From: Lama guanicoe
Lineage: Eukaryota
Length of the DNA: 64,000 bases
NCBI GenBank assembly: GCA_013239625.1
Contig: MU053379.1
Coordinates: forward strand, 4,705,639 to 4,769,638
Direction of reading: 5' to 3'
Of this stretch, positions 13,601 through 26,402 are shown in pieces. The stretch's first letter is position 1. Each line of letters begins with the position of its first letter. Made by a program: the position numbers and the translations under genes. The notes under the pieces were generated by a model. The model was not told where the DNA came from, did no database searches, and saw only the letters and a list, made by a program, of their open reading frames with translations.

Positions 13601-14757
13601 GTGACCATCGGGCTGTACACCCCATCCCGGGGACCCTGAAGGGCCATGCTGGGGTAGCTGGGGGCACGTGGGCTGGAGGCAGGACCCTCCGCTGCCCACC
13701 TCCAGCCCCTCCCCACGCCGCGGAGAGCCCGCCCTGAGCTGCGAGCATCACCTCTTCCTGAGGTCGTGGAAGGATGTTCTGAATTGCTCCTTTTCGTTCA
13801 AAATAGTTTGGGGAAGTCACCCATTTTCAGACTATGAGCCGTTTGAAGTAGAGAAGCCACGTTCCCTTCCAGCTAAAAATTTCCGAGTCCTATCTTCAGA
13901 AAACCTGTGTGTGCACAGAATCCAAAATACATCAAGTAATGAATGTCACCGTCACCACCAGTGCCGTCAGGTCCCATCAGACAAAATTTCCTTGGACAGA
14001 ACCTCATTAAAGTCACAGAATCTTGCTTCTCAGTCACTGCTGTGGGCTCGCCGGGCAGGCAGGCAAACTGGGGTCGGGACACACGGCGCGGAGGAGCCTC
14101 CTCTGCTTCTCATGTCCTGTGCTCTGTAAACTCCTCGAAATCCACAGGGACGCTTGCTTGGGAGACAGGAAAGGCCCCGAGGGCCCCCCATTCACCAAAG
14201 GCCCCTGGGCTGCCGTCAGCAACGCCCCCAAATCCTCCCCCGTCTCGACCCCATGGCTCCCCCGGGGGGGCTCCTCCGGCCGTGGCCGCCTGCCTGGCTC
14301 CCAGCACATCACTGAGGATGACGTAGACGTTCAAATGCAGACCGGCTGCCTGCTGGCGCCTCTGCAGCGTGACATCTCCGCACCGCCTCACGGCATGGCC
14401 CGCGTGTTCACCGCTTTCTAACCCAGCTCATCTTGGAAAGAAATGGGGATCATTTATGCTCTAAACTCACGCGGAGGGCAGCCGAGCTTGCTGCTCCAGG
14501 AGCCTGACTTGCTCCACGGAAGTTAGCAAACTGCACAAGCGAGGCCCACACTCCGCCCCAGCGTGGCAGCTAAAGTGGCCCATTGACGGGGGGGAGAGTT
14601 CGGTAAAGCACCTCATTTTCCTGTCGTCTGTTTTGTTTTGGGGCTGTTGTTATGAACACGAAGCTGCCCCTCTGCCCTTCACTCCTGGACCGGCCCCAGC
14701 GCCCCACCCCCATCCTTTCTCATTTAACACAGCATCTCCTGATTCAGGCAATGTTTC

Positions 14758-15330
14758 CTTTTTTATTATTGTGGTTATATATATATATATATCAATCATA
14801 CGATGGATCGTTGTTACCATTTTTAAAAAATGGGGGGGCTGGTAATCAGGTCTTCTCATTTATTTTTGTCTTTATTTTAACGGGGGTAATGGGGATCGAA
14901 CCCAGGACCTCAAGCACACACTCGACCGCTGAGCTACACCCTCCCCTCATTCTTGGATCACTGTGGCCACTTCCAAGTGTACAGCACAGTGGCATGAAGT
15001 CCGTTCACCCCACGCTGTGTGACCAGCACCGCCATCCATCTCAGGAACTTTTATCTGCCCAAACTGCCACTCTGTATCCACGAAACAATGACGCCTTATC
15101 CACACCCAGCCCCGGCCCCTGGGAGCCACCAGTCTGCTTTCTGTCTCTATGGATTTGCCGGCCCTGGGGGCCTCAGACACATGGAATCACACAGTGTTCA
15201 TCCTTTGGTGACGGGCTTATTTCACGGAGCATCATGTCCTCAGGGCTCATCCACGCTGTAGCTCGGGTCGGAATGTCCTTCCTTCTTAAGGCTGAGTAAT
15301 ATTCCATCGCACAGAAACCGCACATCCGGA
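14758..15330 (-). mobile_element. L1MB-type 3' UTR fragment, interrupted by a SINE at about 14825-14946
   Basis: ttattgtgg...accatttt resumes as aagtgtacagcacagtggcat...tttctgtctctatggatttg...ttatttcac...aaggctgagtaatattccat, the diagnostic L1MB 3' end. Confidence 0.9.
14825..14946 (-). mobile_element. Camelid tRNA-derived SINE (vic-1 type) with a small internal deletion
   Basis: ggtaatcagg...ggggatcgaacccaggacctc-aagcac...ccgctgagctacaccctcccc is the reverse complement of the SINE seen at 46511. Confidence 0.85.
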
Positions 15331-15477
15331 TACTGCCTTTTACAGTCCTCTCCTGCGCCTCCTGGGGGCACCCTCCCCGGAGCACCTGCACCCGGGTCCT
15401 CAGCTTCGCAGGAAACCCAAGTCGAGGCAGATTTCAGTTTCTTCCCTTTGAGGCATTGAGACTCTGCTTTACACAAA

Positions 15478-15511
15478 ATAATGATGATGGTGATGATGGT
15501 GATGGTGATGT
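15478..15511. repeat. (GAT/GGT)n simple repeat
   Basis: ataatgatgatggtgatgatggtgatggtgatg is directly visible. Confidence 0.85.
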
Positions 15512-18494
15512 AAAGACGTGCTGAATCTGAAAATGCTCTTCTGAAAGAACAAACACTGTTACTGAGGATGTTGAGAGAAAATTCAGGGCAACAAAATTAA
15601 TGAAAAGGTGTGCAGACTCCAGATGGACAGGGTTCGGGTTTGGGTTAGGGACTGGCAGGGCCAGACAGGGGGCCGGGCCCCAGAGAGCTGGGCACCACTT
15701 AGGACTTCATTCAGGACCAGAAACCTGGGCAAAGGAGACAGTTTCCAAGGACGTGGGCAGACGGGACAGGATGTGAGAAGGGGATGTCTCGTGTCCTCCC
15801 CATCCTGGCCGGTCCCTGGGCAGGGGAGGACATGGTCCTGGTCCGCGGTGGCTGTGGTTAGCTGGGGCAAGGCCGAGGTGGCAGAGCCAGTCCTGACCTT
15901 TGCAGGGGCTGCCGGGGACCGGGCCAGGCGCTAAGCAGCGCAGGTCCCGCGGGGCTGTAGGCACTTCCGACCTCACTGGGGAAGGCGAGTCCTGTCCTGG
16001 AGGGCCCGGCCCGGCTCCCGCCGCTCCCTCATCACCACTCAGACCAGCTCCTTGCTCTCAGATCCCTGCCTCCTGCTCTGCCTCGGGGACGCGCCTGAAA
16101 CAGACTTTATCTTCAAGCTAAGACTTACCAAGCGGGTCTTCTGTGCCCCAGGCAGCGTTCACATCCCTGCAAGGCAGGCACCGACAAGAAGCCCTCCGCA
16201 TGGGTGGGGGACCGAGCCTCACGGAGACCGAGCCTCCCGCCCCAAGTCGTGCATCTGGTAAGAGAGGACCTGAGATTTCCACCCGCCTGCGATGCTGCCT
16301 TTTCACAGTGGTCGCCGCTCCCGAAAGTTAATCCCGTTTTCCACCCACAGGTAGGTGCTTGGCGGGGAGCGTCCTGGCCTCGTGCTGGTCAAGCGGCCGA
16401 GGGAGACGGAGCAGGCGGAGAGCTCGCAGCAGCCACAGAGCCACTGCCCAAGCGGCCTTCCCGGACCCGGCGTCGCCCTCCTGGGCGCGCGGGGCTCTGG
16501 GCCTCGGGCCGGAGCACGTGTCTCGGGGACCCAGGCAGCGTTCTGCATGGGGCTCTCAGGCCCTCCTGTTATCCGCCCCGCTCTGGCCGACGGAGTTTCA
16601 GGAGGCCTGCAAGACGGTCGGGGCTGCGTGCAAATTGCAAGAGACTGAGTCAGAATCCCTGCAGGAGGTGCCCTCTGAACACGAGGCCACGCCACCCGCC
16701 CTGGGACCTGCACGGGGGCCGGGGCTTCCACCCCGAAAGGCTGCCCGCGAGGCGCCTTTTCTACTGCGTTTCCCTCGGTGGCGCCCAAATAAATGATAGC
16801 CCGATGCAGATGAAACAGGAGGGAGAGAGGGGTCCTCCTGTCAGGAGGCAGCTGCCTGAAAAAACCGGCTGAGAGCCAGGGTTTCGGTTTACATAAATGC
16901 TCGGATTTGTCCCCCAGGTTATGAAAACAGAGCAACAAGCTACGTTCCGTTTGGAGGCCCAAATGCTGCAAAGCTGTTAGCTTGCTCACATCCTGCGTGC
17001 TTCAGAATTGAAATTAACTTCTTTAATCGCATCAGCATAAAGCGTGTATCTGTTTCTCAGAGGACCTGACTGTAAAGGTAGCTGGAAATTAAGCGACTCC
17101 CAGGCCACCGTGGGCATCGTGGCAGCAGCCACGACGCGGGTGGCTTACCGTGCCGCTGGGCGTGTGCCGGGAAGCTGAGGCAACGAGGGAGCTGTCTCTG
17201 CCTTTAGTCTCCCCCTCCGCCGCCTGATGCTTCGAGACACAAGCTGGGAGCGGTGGGCCTGCCGGACGGGGTGGGGGCGCCTCGTCACCCCGGTGAGGTG
17301 TGGTCCCCACAGAGGGCCCCTGGGGAGGAGAGCCTGGGTCCTCCTGTCTTCTCTGCTCACCCGTCTCAGCTCAGGTCACGCCCCAGCGAAGGCGCCCAGC
17401 TCACGGCCTCACCCTCTGGAGAAGCAAAGTGTGGAGGAAACAGGGCGTGAAGACTGGTTCTCTGAGGGGAAGAGACAACAGGACCAACCAAGAGACACGA
17501 GGGGGGAGGGGGAGGAGGGATGCCAAGGACAGGCACTCTTTCCATCTCTCTCCACCAGGTTTACTGGCTCTTTGAAACATCTGATAGTTTTGGTAACGGA
17601 GACAACGTGACTTTCATTTTCTCCGACATCCTGGCAATGCTACCTTACAGTCTGGGGTGCAGGGTGAGCCACACGGTGGGTGCCCAGGAAGCTGGGGTGA
17701 CGTGAGGAATGAAGGGTGGCGTCTACCCTAATATGAAGACGCGACCGTGTCCAGGATCCCTCTCTCGGGCTGAGAGGCTCCTGCCGACCAGCAGTGAGTA
17801 CTAAATCACCCCAAACACAGCAGCTGGAACCTCATTAATTCTGCTCCCGGGCTCATGGGCGGGGCTCTCGGGAAGGGCTGGGCCTCGCAATGCGGGCTGG
17901 GCCTTGCGCGCTGGTGCAGTTGGCCCGGCCGAAGCTGCAGTCCTCTGGGGGCCCCCTGCGTTCATCCTCAGCTGCGGACCCCAGGGCCTCGCCAGCAGGG
18001 GTGACTCAGGGCAGATGGACTTGCATGGGGCGTCCGGCAGCCCCAGGAGCACATCCCAAGAGAAGGGTGGGCTCTGCTGGCCCTTCCCCCATATCCTGCA
18101 GGAGCCACACGGCGCCCCTCCCACTGCGTTGTGTTCATTACAGCCTTGAGGGGACGCCTCAGAGGCCCCACTTTCCAACAGCAATGAGGGGGCTTATTTA
18201 TAACCACGGAGACTTTCCCAATGAGGCGCCTGAAGGACGACGGCCCGAGACGAGCCCTGTCCTGGGACGGGGACCCCAGGCACCCAGCTGTGCTCGGGGA
18301 CCTCGCTGCTTCTCCGTCTTACAAACGCTGCTGAGTCCCTGGGCGTAAAGCACACAGGACGTCCGCACGTGGGAGCAGCAGTGCCGTGTCGCTCACTAGG
18401 TTACAGAAGCGCCCTCCCCACTCGGCGTCAACTTGCTTCTGCTCCATGGAGGGAGGGACCAGGAGGCTGGGGGGGAGGGGCTCCCAGCCGTGTG

Positions 18495-18585
18495 CTTAGA
18501 CGTACATGAGCTCCGGACACAGACAGGCCAGTGCAGCTGCGTCACTGGCCACGTGACTCGGGAAGGAACCGCTCACCTCAGACCA
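18495..18585 (+). mobile_element. Possible MIR 5' fragment
   Basis: catgagctccggacacagacag...cactggccacgtgactcgggaagg...ctcacctc resembles the MIR head. Confidence 0.4.
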
Positions 18586-20559
18586 AGGTGCAAGTCTGGT
18601 GTCTGGTCCACGCGGACAGCCTGGCACAGACGGAGGCCCGGGCATGTCCTCCCCGCCTGCCTCAGCCCCACGGATCGCAGACCGAGCACGTGTCGCTGTG
18701 TGGGCCTGGCGTGCTGAGACGGGGGTGGGTGGGGGTCGGAGAAAAGGCAGCTCCAGGCCGAGGGTTCAGTCTGAGCAGCCAGAGAGGAAGAGACGAGGTT
18801 CCTCCAAGTTCTGTCTCGCCTGCTGTTCCAGGCAGCGTCCTCCCCAGGACACCCAGGTCTTAGCGCCAGGTTGGCATCCGGGAGGAGCACGGAGAGGCGA
18901 CAGGGCGGCACTGTCCAGGGTCCCGGCACGTCCTCCCCCGACTCTGTTGCAGCCCCCAGGCACGTCTGGGTCCGCAGTCGTCTCCCCACCTGGAGGACCA
19001 GGCTTCTTTAACGGCCTTGACTCCGGTCAGCGGGCGGCGCTGCCTCCTCGGGGGTCTGTGTAAGCAATCGGGGGCGGCAAGTTCTGGTTTTGAATGTGAC
19101 TTGGCTTACGGGAGCTCTGTCTTGACAGCCGCTTGGAGACTGCTCTGACTCAGGCTGAGCCGTGGCAGAGACAAATGCTCGGCCGCAACCTCAGAGACGC
19201 GGGTGGAATCCACAGTTCGCAGCGCGCAGGGCACGCGTGAACGGTTTAATGATCATGAGACACCTAGAAAACGTCATTCAGCCGCAGGGGCTCCTGGCTG
19301 CACGCAAGTAAGGCAAAATAGCCTCATTCTTAACCCAAGAGTGGCGCTGACTCTTGACTCCACGTGGTTGGTGGTGTGGCGGGTCTGCTGGTCACAGTCG
19401 CTGGGGAAACCGTCGTATGAGCGGAGACCGATGTCCCCATGTGCACTCGTTCTCCCTACGGGGATTCAGACAGGTGGTGGCTGTCCCCTTCCTTCCAGGA
19501 TCCGAGGGGTCAACGTGCCTGTTTGCAGCTGGAAAGTGATGAGCGGTCAAGGGAAGTCGGAGTTACTGTCACAGAGGAGCCGCGCGACACCAGGCAGCAG
19601 CAGGGCTGCCTCGCGCGTGGACGGGCGAGCTCACACGTGAGAGGGGTGAGTAGAGAAGAAAAGCAGCCACTTCTGTGTAAGAGGTAATTTAAATTTTATG
19701 TGCGATTGCCTGGCAAAGCGATGGGCAGGAAAGAGAAGCAGGAAATGACGTGAGCGCACACTGAGGGGCGCGGATCCCGCACCACCGCAGTCCCCCTCCC
19801 CAAGCCTCAAGTCCTTCTGTCGTGAACTCGTGGCCACCAGCAAGACACCAGGGGCTTGTCCGCTATTCCGTCCATCTTGAAATGACTTTCAGAAACACTC
19901 TAGTAACCCACGGATTTTAAGTTTTAAAATGTAAGTCACCTGAACCACCTCCCTCTCGATCTCTGTCCTCGTCCCAATTTTAGACAGTGCAGCCTAGCTA
20001 CACTGTAAATTTAAGTAGTGTAATTACGTGCACATTTTTTTATCGGGTTTGTGTTCTCATCATCTCCATGTCTACACCCCCTCTCCAACCCCAGGTAACT
20101 GGACCTCTGTTAGGGGAGAGAGCATTTATTTTTTATTCTGTGCATAACTATGTCTTGTGTGCTTTGGCTGCAGGTTGATTTGAGAGTTAAAAACCAATAC
20201 ATCTCTTAACAAAGTTATGATAAGATGAGTGTTATTTATCCAGAGCCACGTCGCGTGGTTGAGATCTAGTCTTTTCTCCAAGCCCAGGATCCCTGGGGGC
20301 ACAGGGCAGAGGGTTTCTGGGGTGAAAGACAGCACACATCGCTCCCCTGCTCATCAAACCACACTGTAGTTGGATTCACATTTAAACCAGGCATTTCTAG
20401 AGCGGCTTTTTGCTTTTCTTGGAGTTTCCAAGTGTCTTTTGTTTCTTGAATCTCAATCAGGGTCCACAGGAGTGGGCGTCCCTGTCTTGAGACACATCCA
20501 GAGGTCCTTTCATGCCAGGGACATGATCGAGGAGCCTCAGGGGCCATGGAAAAGGCAGG

Positions 20560-20830
20560 GAGTAAAATTGGAAAGACCTAGTTTTACACAGAAATGCAGC
20601 GAAGAGGAGCAACCAGAGTGGAATGGACGTCACTGCTGTTGACGCAGACCTGACCTCAGCCCAGCGCGTTGAGTGGTGGACAGAGGGACACAAAATCAGA
20701 GGACCAGACCAGAACGTCACCAGTATCTCTACGGGCAAACAGAGGAGGGCTGCACCTGCTGGGGGAAAAGGGCCCGATTCGGGTAAATGTTGTCGGTGGG
20801 ACTGCTAAACACAGGAGGCACGTTCATGTG
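20560..20830 (+). mobile_element. Highly degraded L1 ORF2 fragment
   Basis: gggggaaaagggcccgattcgggtaaatgttgtcggtgggactgctaaacac resembles L1 ORF2 (ggggaaaggacagtcttttcaataaatggtgctggga). Confidence 0.4.
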
Positions 20831-23800
20831 TCTTTGGATTCCTGAACCCTAAGGACCAAGTAGAGCGAGCTCCTGACTCAGTCTTCTGCCCCCTCCCGAC
20901 CCACCGCGCCTCATCGTCCCGGGTCAGCAGTGCGAAAAACGCAGAAACGATCTGTACACAAATACCACAACGAAGGAGTGGGAAAAAATGAAGCACAAGC
21001 ATCTGTAAGAAGGGAAAGGACCCAAAGGGGGGCCTGAGCACAGTTCTCCAGAGACTCAGACACACGGCAGACGTCACCGTTCCCAGAGCTGCCGGAGAAA
21101 CAGGGGCCCCAGAGGACACGCAGCAGGTGAGCGAGGGTTCACGGACACGATACAGAGCAAACAGACGGGAAAGAAACACACTTCCCCGAGTGGAATCAAA
21201 CACAAGCTTCCTGAAGTAAAGAGCTGAACCTGCAGCTTGAAAGGGCACATCACACGGAGACACAGCATCACAGCCCGGGAGGCACACACGCTCGGGGGAA
21301 AGCGCGGCGAACGCCGCCTGAGCCCCGGGAACATCCCTGCTCCCGGATGGCGTGCGCTTCCTCCACCCGACTGTCTGTGGCCTTGGAGCCTTTGGGGTTG
21401 GCGTTTGCGAACGTCTCTGTTTTCCATCCCCTCCCCCTTCTGCTTCATAGTCGGCGAGATGGTTGCCCTCTAGCCTCACGAATGGTTTTATCTTAACTTG
21501 AGAAATACTCCTTTTCACAACCAAGAATATTTTCTGGTTCTTCCACCTTCTCCTGCAGGCTGCCTTGTCTCCGCGACGAAGTTTCTCAAGGACGTCAGAA
21601 GACATTTTGCATTTTTGAAAAGGTTCCCCTCTGAACTGTCACTTTCCTGCGGAGTGAGTGACGCCCCCCTTGGCTGCTGCCCTCGGAGTGCCGGCTCCTC
21701 CGGGCCTGGCCCGGGTGCGCCCGCCCGTCAGAGTGGACACGACCACGCCGGCCTGTCAGCACCCCCGCCTCCTGCCCGTCACAGAGGTGGCCGGCACTCT
21801 GAGTTCTGGGGTGAAGACACATCGGTTTATCCTTCATGGGCACATGTTTAAATGACACAGCGCTGCTTTGTAATTGCTTGCTAATTGTATAAAATGCTAT
21901 CAAAATTATGTTTCTCCAGGGACCCGAGTTTTTCTTCCACTGACCGACTCTGTGGCTCTCCCTTGTGGGGTGGAGCTGACTCCTGTTACGAGGTGATGTT
22001 AACCCGGGTGACCTTCCACACGGGGAGCGGACCGCCACCTCCCTCCCCAAGCTGCCCTTTCCTCCCCAGGGCCCGCGATGCACCTGGGTTTCTGCTCTGC
22101 CTCCATCTCCCCTCCTGCTCGAATGTCCGCAGCCCCTTAGCAGCAGCGGGTAGGCGGGGTGGTCCGTCCGCCGTCTCCTCCTCCTTCAGGACTGTCTTGT
22201 CCGGTCTGACCTTCCTCATCCACTGAGTCCCCGACACCTAAAGTCTTGTTCACAAGGAAACGCCTGTCGAGGTTTTGATTATAACTGCCCTTGAGGAGAA
22301 CTGGCGTCTCGATCGTGTGGGGACTCCCTGCAAATCACAGGCCAGGCAGTGTTCACGTGCCTTTCTGACATCTCTAAGTTATCAGAATCTTTTTGAGCAA
22401 GGCGGGGGGTGGGATTGCTTGAGCTCAGGTCAGCACCTGGAGCCGGAAGTCCCTCTACAACAGTGTTTCGTGGAGTTAGACTCAATATCCAGCCAGTGGA
22501 AGCGAAGTACAGGAGGAGGGGGCGGGGAGAGGACCGCGCGCCAGGCGCTCGCTCTGTGGGGCCTGAGGCCCGCCGGCTGTGACACACGTAGCACCTCAGT
22601 CTGTTCCCACTGAAGCCCTCTCGTGTGTGTGGCGGGGTCATGAAATCACATCCTGCACTCACACAGAGCCAGGACCTGGGGCAGGCCACCTGACCCAAGC
22701 CAGGGCTCCCCCGGCGCATCACGACGCGCTCGCTAGGAGAACTCACACACTCTGCACCACCCCCTTGGGGTATGTAACCCAGCTGTCGTCTCGGCCGAGA
22801 TGCCCCATCACAGCCACAAGTGGTACAAACATGGTTTACAGTGAGACCCAGCCCAGGCTGATAAAACGTTAGTAACTTCCCCAAAATGCAAGTCCACCGG
22901 CCGGTGTGGCAGCTGCCAAGAGGCGCTGGGTTCTCCCCGCAACGAAGGCTGGCAAGCTGGCCTCGCGGAGGAAGGCCGGGGGCCTGCGGGGCCCGAGACG
23001 CCCCCAGGAGGGCGCAGCTGCTTCAGGGCGTGGCAAAGGACTCCGCTTTCCCGTGGTCTCTGCGGTCAGGCCTCGCTCCATAGCCGAGGGGCGATGTGCC
23101 ACTGGCGGAAATAAATTGCATTACAGGCCAGCACTGTCTCTGCCGTCCTGGGTTTCTGGCTGGGTAATAACCCGCTATGACTATGTATGTACCTCTAAGT
23201 GGGAACAGAGGAGCGTTAATTCCATTAACTTTCCCTGGAAATGCGGAGTGTGACTCAGCTCCAGCTCAAGGATGCGTCTTGTGATGAAACTGTGGTGTTT
23301 GGAGCATTGTTTTGTGGAGCTGTCACAAAATAATGCCTTGATGAGATTTTTATTTTATGCCTCCAGTCCAGGCTCCCCAGCTCGACGAACGTGAGAGGAA
23401 ATGACACAAAGAACTTTCTTCCCTCTGAACGCGTGACAGGCCCCGGAACTCCTGCCCCCACTCCGGAGATGTGCCCTCAGCCCTGATAAAATTTAGCCTC
23501 TAACTTAATTTTGTTCCCTCCTTTCCAACAAAAAAATTTTTTTTAACTGATGCATAAGGTCTACCAGCCACAGACACCGTTTTTAGACGGTCCTGGGTCC
23601 CATGGTTTTGCACAGGATGTGAACATGGGCCAACACCGTACGGGAGCCAGAAGCCAGACCAGGGCCAAGTCTAACCGCGTAAACTCTCGTGCTTTGGTTG
23701 TCACAGCACGCCGCTCTTGGGGTGCGTAACAGAATCTGACTTCAGGACCCAGACATTAAGCAGGTTAGTTATATCGACCTGAGACCCCATTCCGGACCCA

Positions 23801-24127
23801 GCAGCCAGAAGCGCGCGGCCACCCACCACCCACCCCCCCCCCTCTACACACCTGCCTCACTTCCGTCTGCAGACGGCCTCCTCCCCCGGCCAGTGCTCTC
23901 CCGTGACCCCCGTGTCCACAGCCTGAGACAAGTGAGTGTCCAGCTCAGGTCTGCACAGACCTGGCATCTCTGCCCCGTTTCACCCCTCAGGGGGCGTTCA
24001 CCTGGCTGAGCTGGTCCCTCGGCGGGGGCCGAGGAGTGGACACTGTGAGGAGTTAGGACGGTTTCTTCCTGACTGCAGCTGGCAAGACGGGAGGAGGGGA
24101 GTTAGAGATGAGGGCTGGAGGAAAAGC

Positions 24128-24540
24128 CAGGTCCCCCGGACGTCACGCCTTAATCCCACACCTGAGACTATGTCACCGCACACACGGAGGAAGCGTGGGT
24201 GTGATGAAGGTCTTGAGATGAGAAGATGATCGTGGACCACGCAGGAGGCCAGCCGACATCACAAGCTCCTCACAGGAGGGGGGCCAGAGGTCAGAGTTGG
24301 AGAAGCAGGTGTGATGACAGAAGAGGTCAGAGAGACAAGGCCACAAGCCAAGGAACGCTGGCGCGTCTGGAAGCCAGAAGAGGCGAGGACCAGGTTCTCC
24401 CCAGAGCCTCCGAGGGAACCCTGATGCTGGCCCAGAGAGACGCCTGTGGGCCCTCTGACCTCCAGAACGTGCGTGCACATGTCTGCTGTCTGAGCTACTC
24501 GGTTAGCGCTGCTTCGTCATAGCCGCCACAGGAAGTCGTG
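24128..24540 (+). mobile_element. MLT1C/D-like MaLR solo LTR
   Basis: taatccc, aggtcttgagatgagaagatgatc, gccacaagccaaggaacgc, ggttctccccagagcctcc, tctgacctccagaac and catagccgccacaggaa appear in consensus order. Confidence 0.85.
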
Positions 24541-24659
24541 CGGGGTAGACGTGGTTGGACTCTCCAGTTGTAATCCAGCTGCCCTTCCGTTTCTGTGGTT
24601 CATTCAGGTTTCCCCATGTGTGCGTGTGTGTGTGTGTTGTGTATGCCAAACCACCACGT

Positions 24660-24887
24660 GAACAAGCCCAGGCCACTCCACCTCCCCAGCTGACACCACC
24701 GATCACCATGAGGTCATCTCAGACCCGCCAAAGTCCACCCCAGGCGTATGAGGGACCCCAGCTAAGACCAGACAGGCCCGGGCAGGTCAGCAGAGCTACC
24801 GGGGCTCATGAGCATTAACACATACTCAGTGCTTTAAGCCACTACGTTGTGGGCAGGTTTGTTACGTAGCAAAAGCTAGCTGGTACA
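24660..24887 (+). mobile_element. MLT1 (F/G/H-like) LTR 3' part
   Basis: Ends tttaagccactacgttgtgggcaggtttgttacgtagcaaaagctagctggtaca, the typical MLT1 3' terminus. Confidence 0.8.
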
Positions 24888-24954
24888 TTTTCTCGGTCTA
24901 ATGAGGATGCTGGCAGGCTCCAGGAGGCTCTGCCTGGGGTAACATTATTTAGTC

Positions 24955-25030
24955 TCAGTCAGAGTCACAATTAATTTGATCGCAAGTGACAGAAACTGAA
25001 CAAAACCTGGCCTACCCAAAAGGGCTGAGG
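24955..25030 (-). mobile_element. MLT1J/K-like LTR end fragment
   Basis: ttgatcgcaagtgacagaaactgaacaaaacctggcct resembles ttggttgcaagtgacagaaacccaactcaaactggctt. Confidence 0.5.
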
Positions 25031-26319
25031 GCCAGCAAGGGGAGGCGGCGTCCCCGTGTGTGCGCGTGGTAGGCTGGGCGTGAGGCGGAGAAGCGGGGTG
25101 GTGGGAAGCGTTGCGGGGAGCGTCAGGAGAGCCACCCTGTGGTCCCGACCTGCGGTCTGAAGTGTTCAGCTTGTCCTGGACCTGAGGTTGCGGGTCTTCG
25201 CAGGCGCTCTGGGGACTCAGGAGGCTGGCTGCTTGTGGCAGTGATCTGGGGGGCCTTCATGCTGCTCGGGGATTGCAGGTCGGTGACACCCAACTCCTTG
25301 CGACGCACAGGACAGGTGTGCTGTCAGCGGGAAAATCAACAGCAGCTGCCAGGTCAGAAAGCACGGATTCTCAGGGTATCACCCAGTGCAGGGTTTTCTC
25401 CTGCTTGTGGGGGGCCCCATACCGGTCTGCGCCCCCGTCCTGGCCCCCAGATCCCTGTGGGTCACTGGGGCAGCCCAGCATGCCCACCGGTCACTCCCAC
25501 CTCCAGTCCCAGGCCCACAGCCTACCCACCAGGGAGGCTGGAGACCCGGGGGCCCAGGCAGATGCAGGGCGCCGCCCCTGCTGACGTCTCCCGTGGCAGG
25601 GTTGTTCTGTCCTGCCTGAGACCCAGGGCCTTGAAAAGGCTTCCAGTCACCTCCAGGCTAAAGCGGCGTGACGTTCCACAGGGACACACAGGTTAACCCT
25701 CGCCAGTTTTAAAGGCCCTGAAGTGGGAATGCTAAAGTCAGGTGAGCTGAGGGAGATGGCACTGTCTTGCACCTTCCCCAGACGTCGGCGACTAGTTTGG
25801 AAAATGATGGCACCGGTGACAAAGCTGCTTAGACCTGACTTGCACATAAACCCTCAGCGTGGGTCTCATTTTGTGGTCGTGTCTGTGGTGAGGCCGCCCA
25901 CGGGTGCAGGCACCTGACAGCTTCCGCCCGAGCGGCTCTGCCTGGAAACCCAGATCGTTGTTACGTCTCATCTACAGGGTCGTCAGGGCGCAACTGTTGA
26001 GAAACTGCGCACGTGGGTGGATACACCACCTACTGATTTTACTTCAGGACAGAAATTCGGGCGCCGCGTCGTGTCTGTGCTAGAGGGGTCCAGAGGCCTG
26101 ATGGGCCTGAGACCCCTGATTCAGAGGGGGGTGGTCTAATTTAATGCCAGTGTGAGCAGGCGCCTGGCAGGGGACACGGGGAGGCAGGAGGTCACGTGAC
26201 GGAGGCAAGCCCAGGAGTGTGTGGCTTTCTTCCTCCTCTTCTTCCTTAGAGGAAATGAGAACACAGTTCTGTGTGGAGCCCTGACTTCCAGGAGACCCGG
26301 GCGTGGGGCCAGATGCCGT

Positions 26320-26402
26320 CTCAGTCGTGGTTTGAGGAGAGTTGGTCCTGGGCGTCCTGCGGGCGCGCAGTAGGTGTGCACAAAGCACATTTGCTGAATG
26401 CA
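26320..26402 (+). mobile_element. L2 3' end fragment
   Basis: gcgcgcagtaggtgtgcacaaagcacatttgctgaatg resembles gcacatagtaggtgctcaataaatatttgttgaatg. Confidence 0.5.

Noticed and set aside
14652-15299. 215-aa hydrophobic ORF
   Set aside because: It is read through an antisense SINE and an L1MB 3' UTR.
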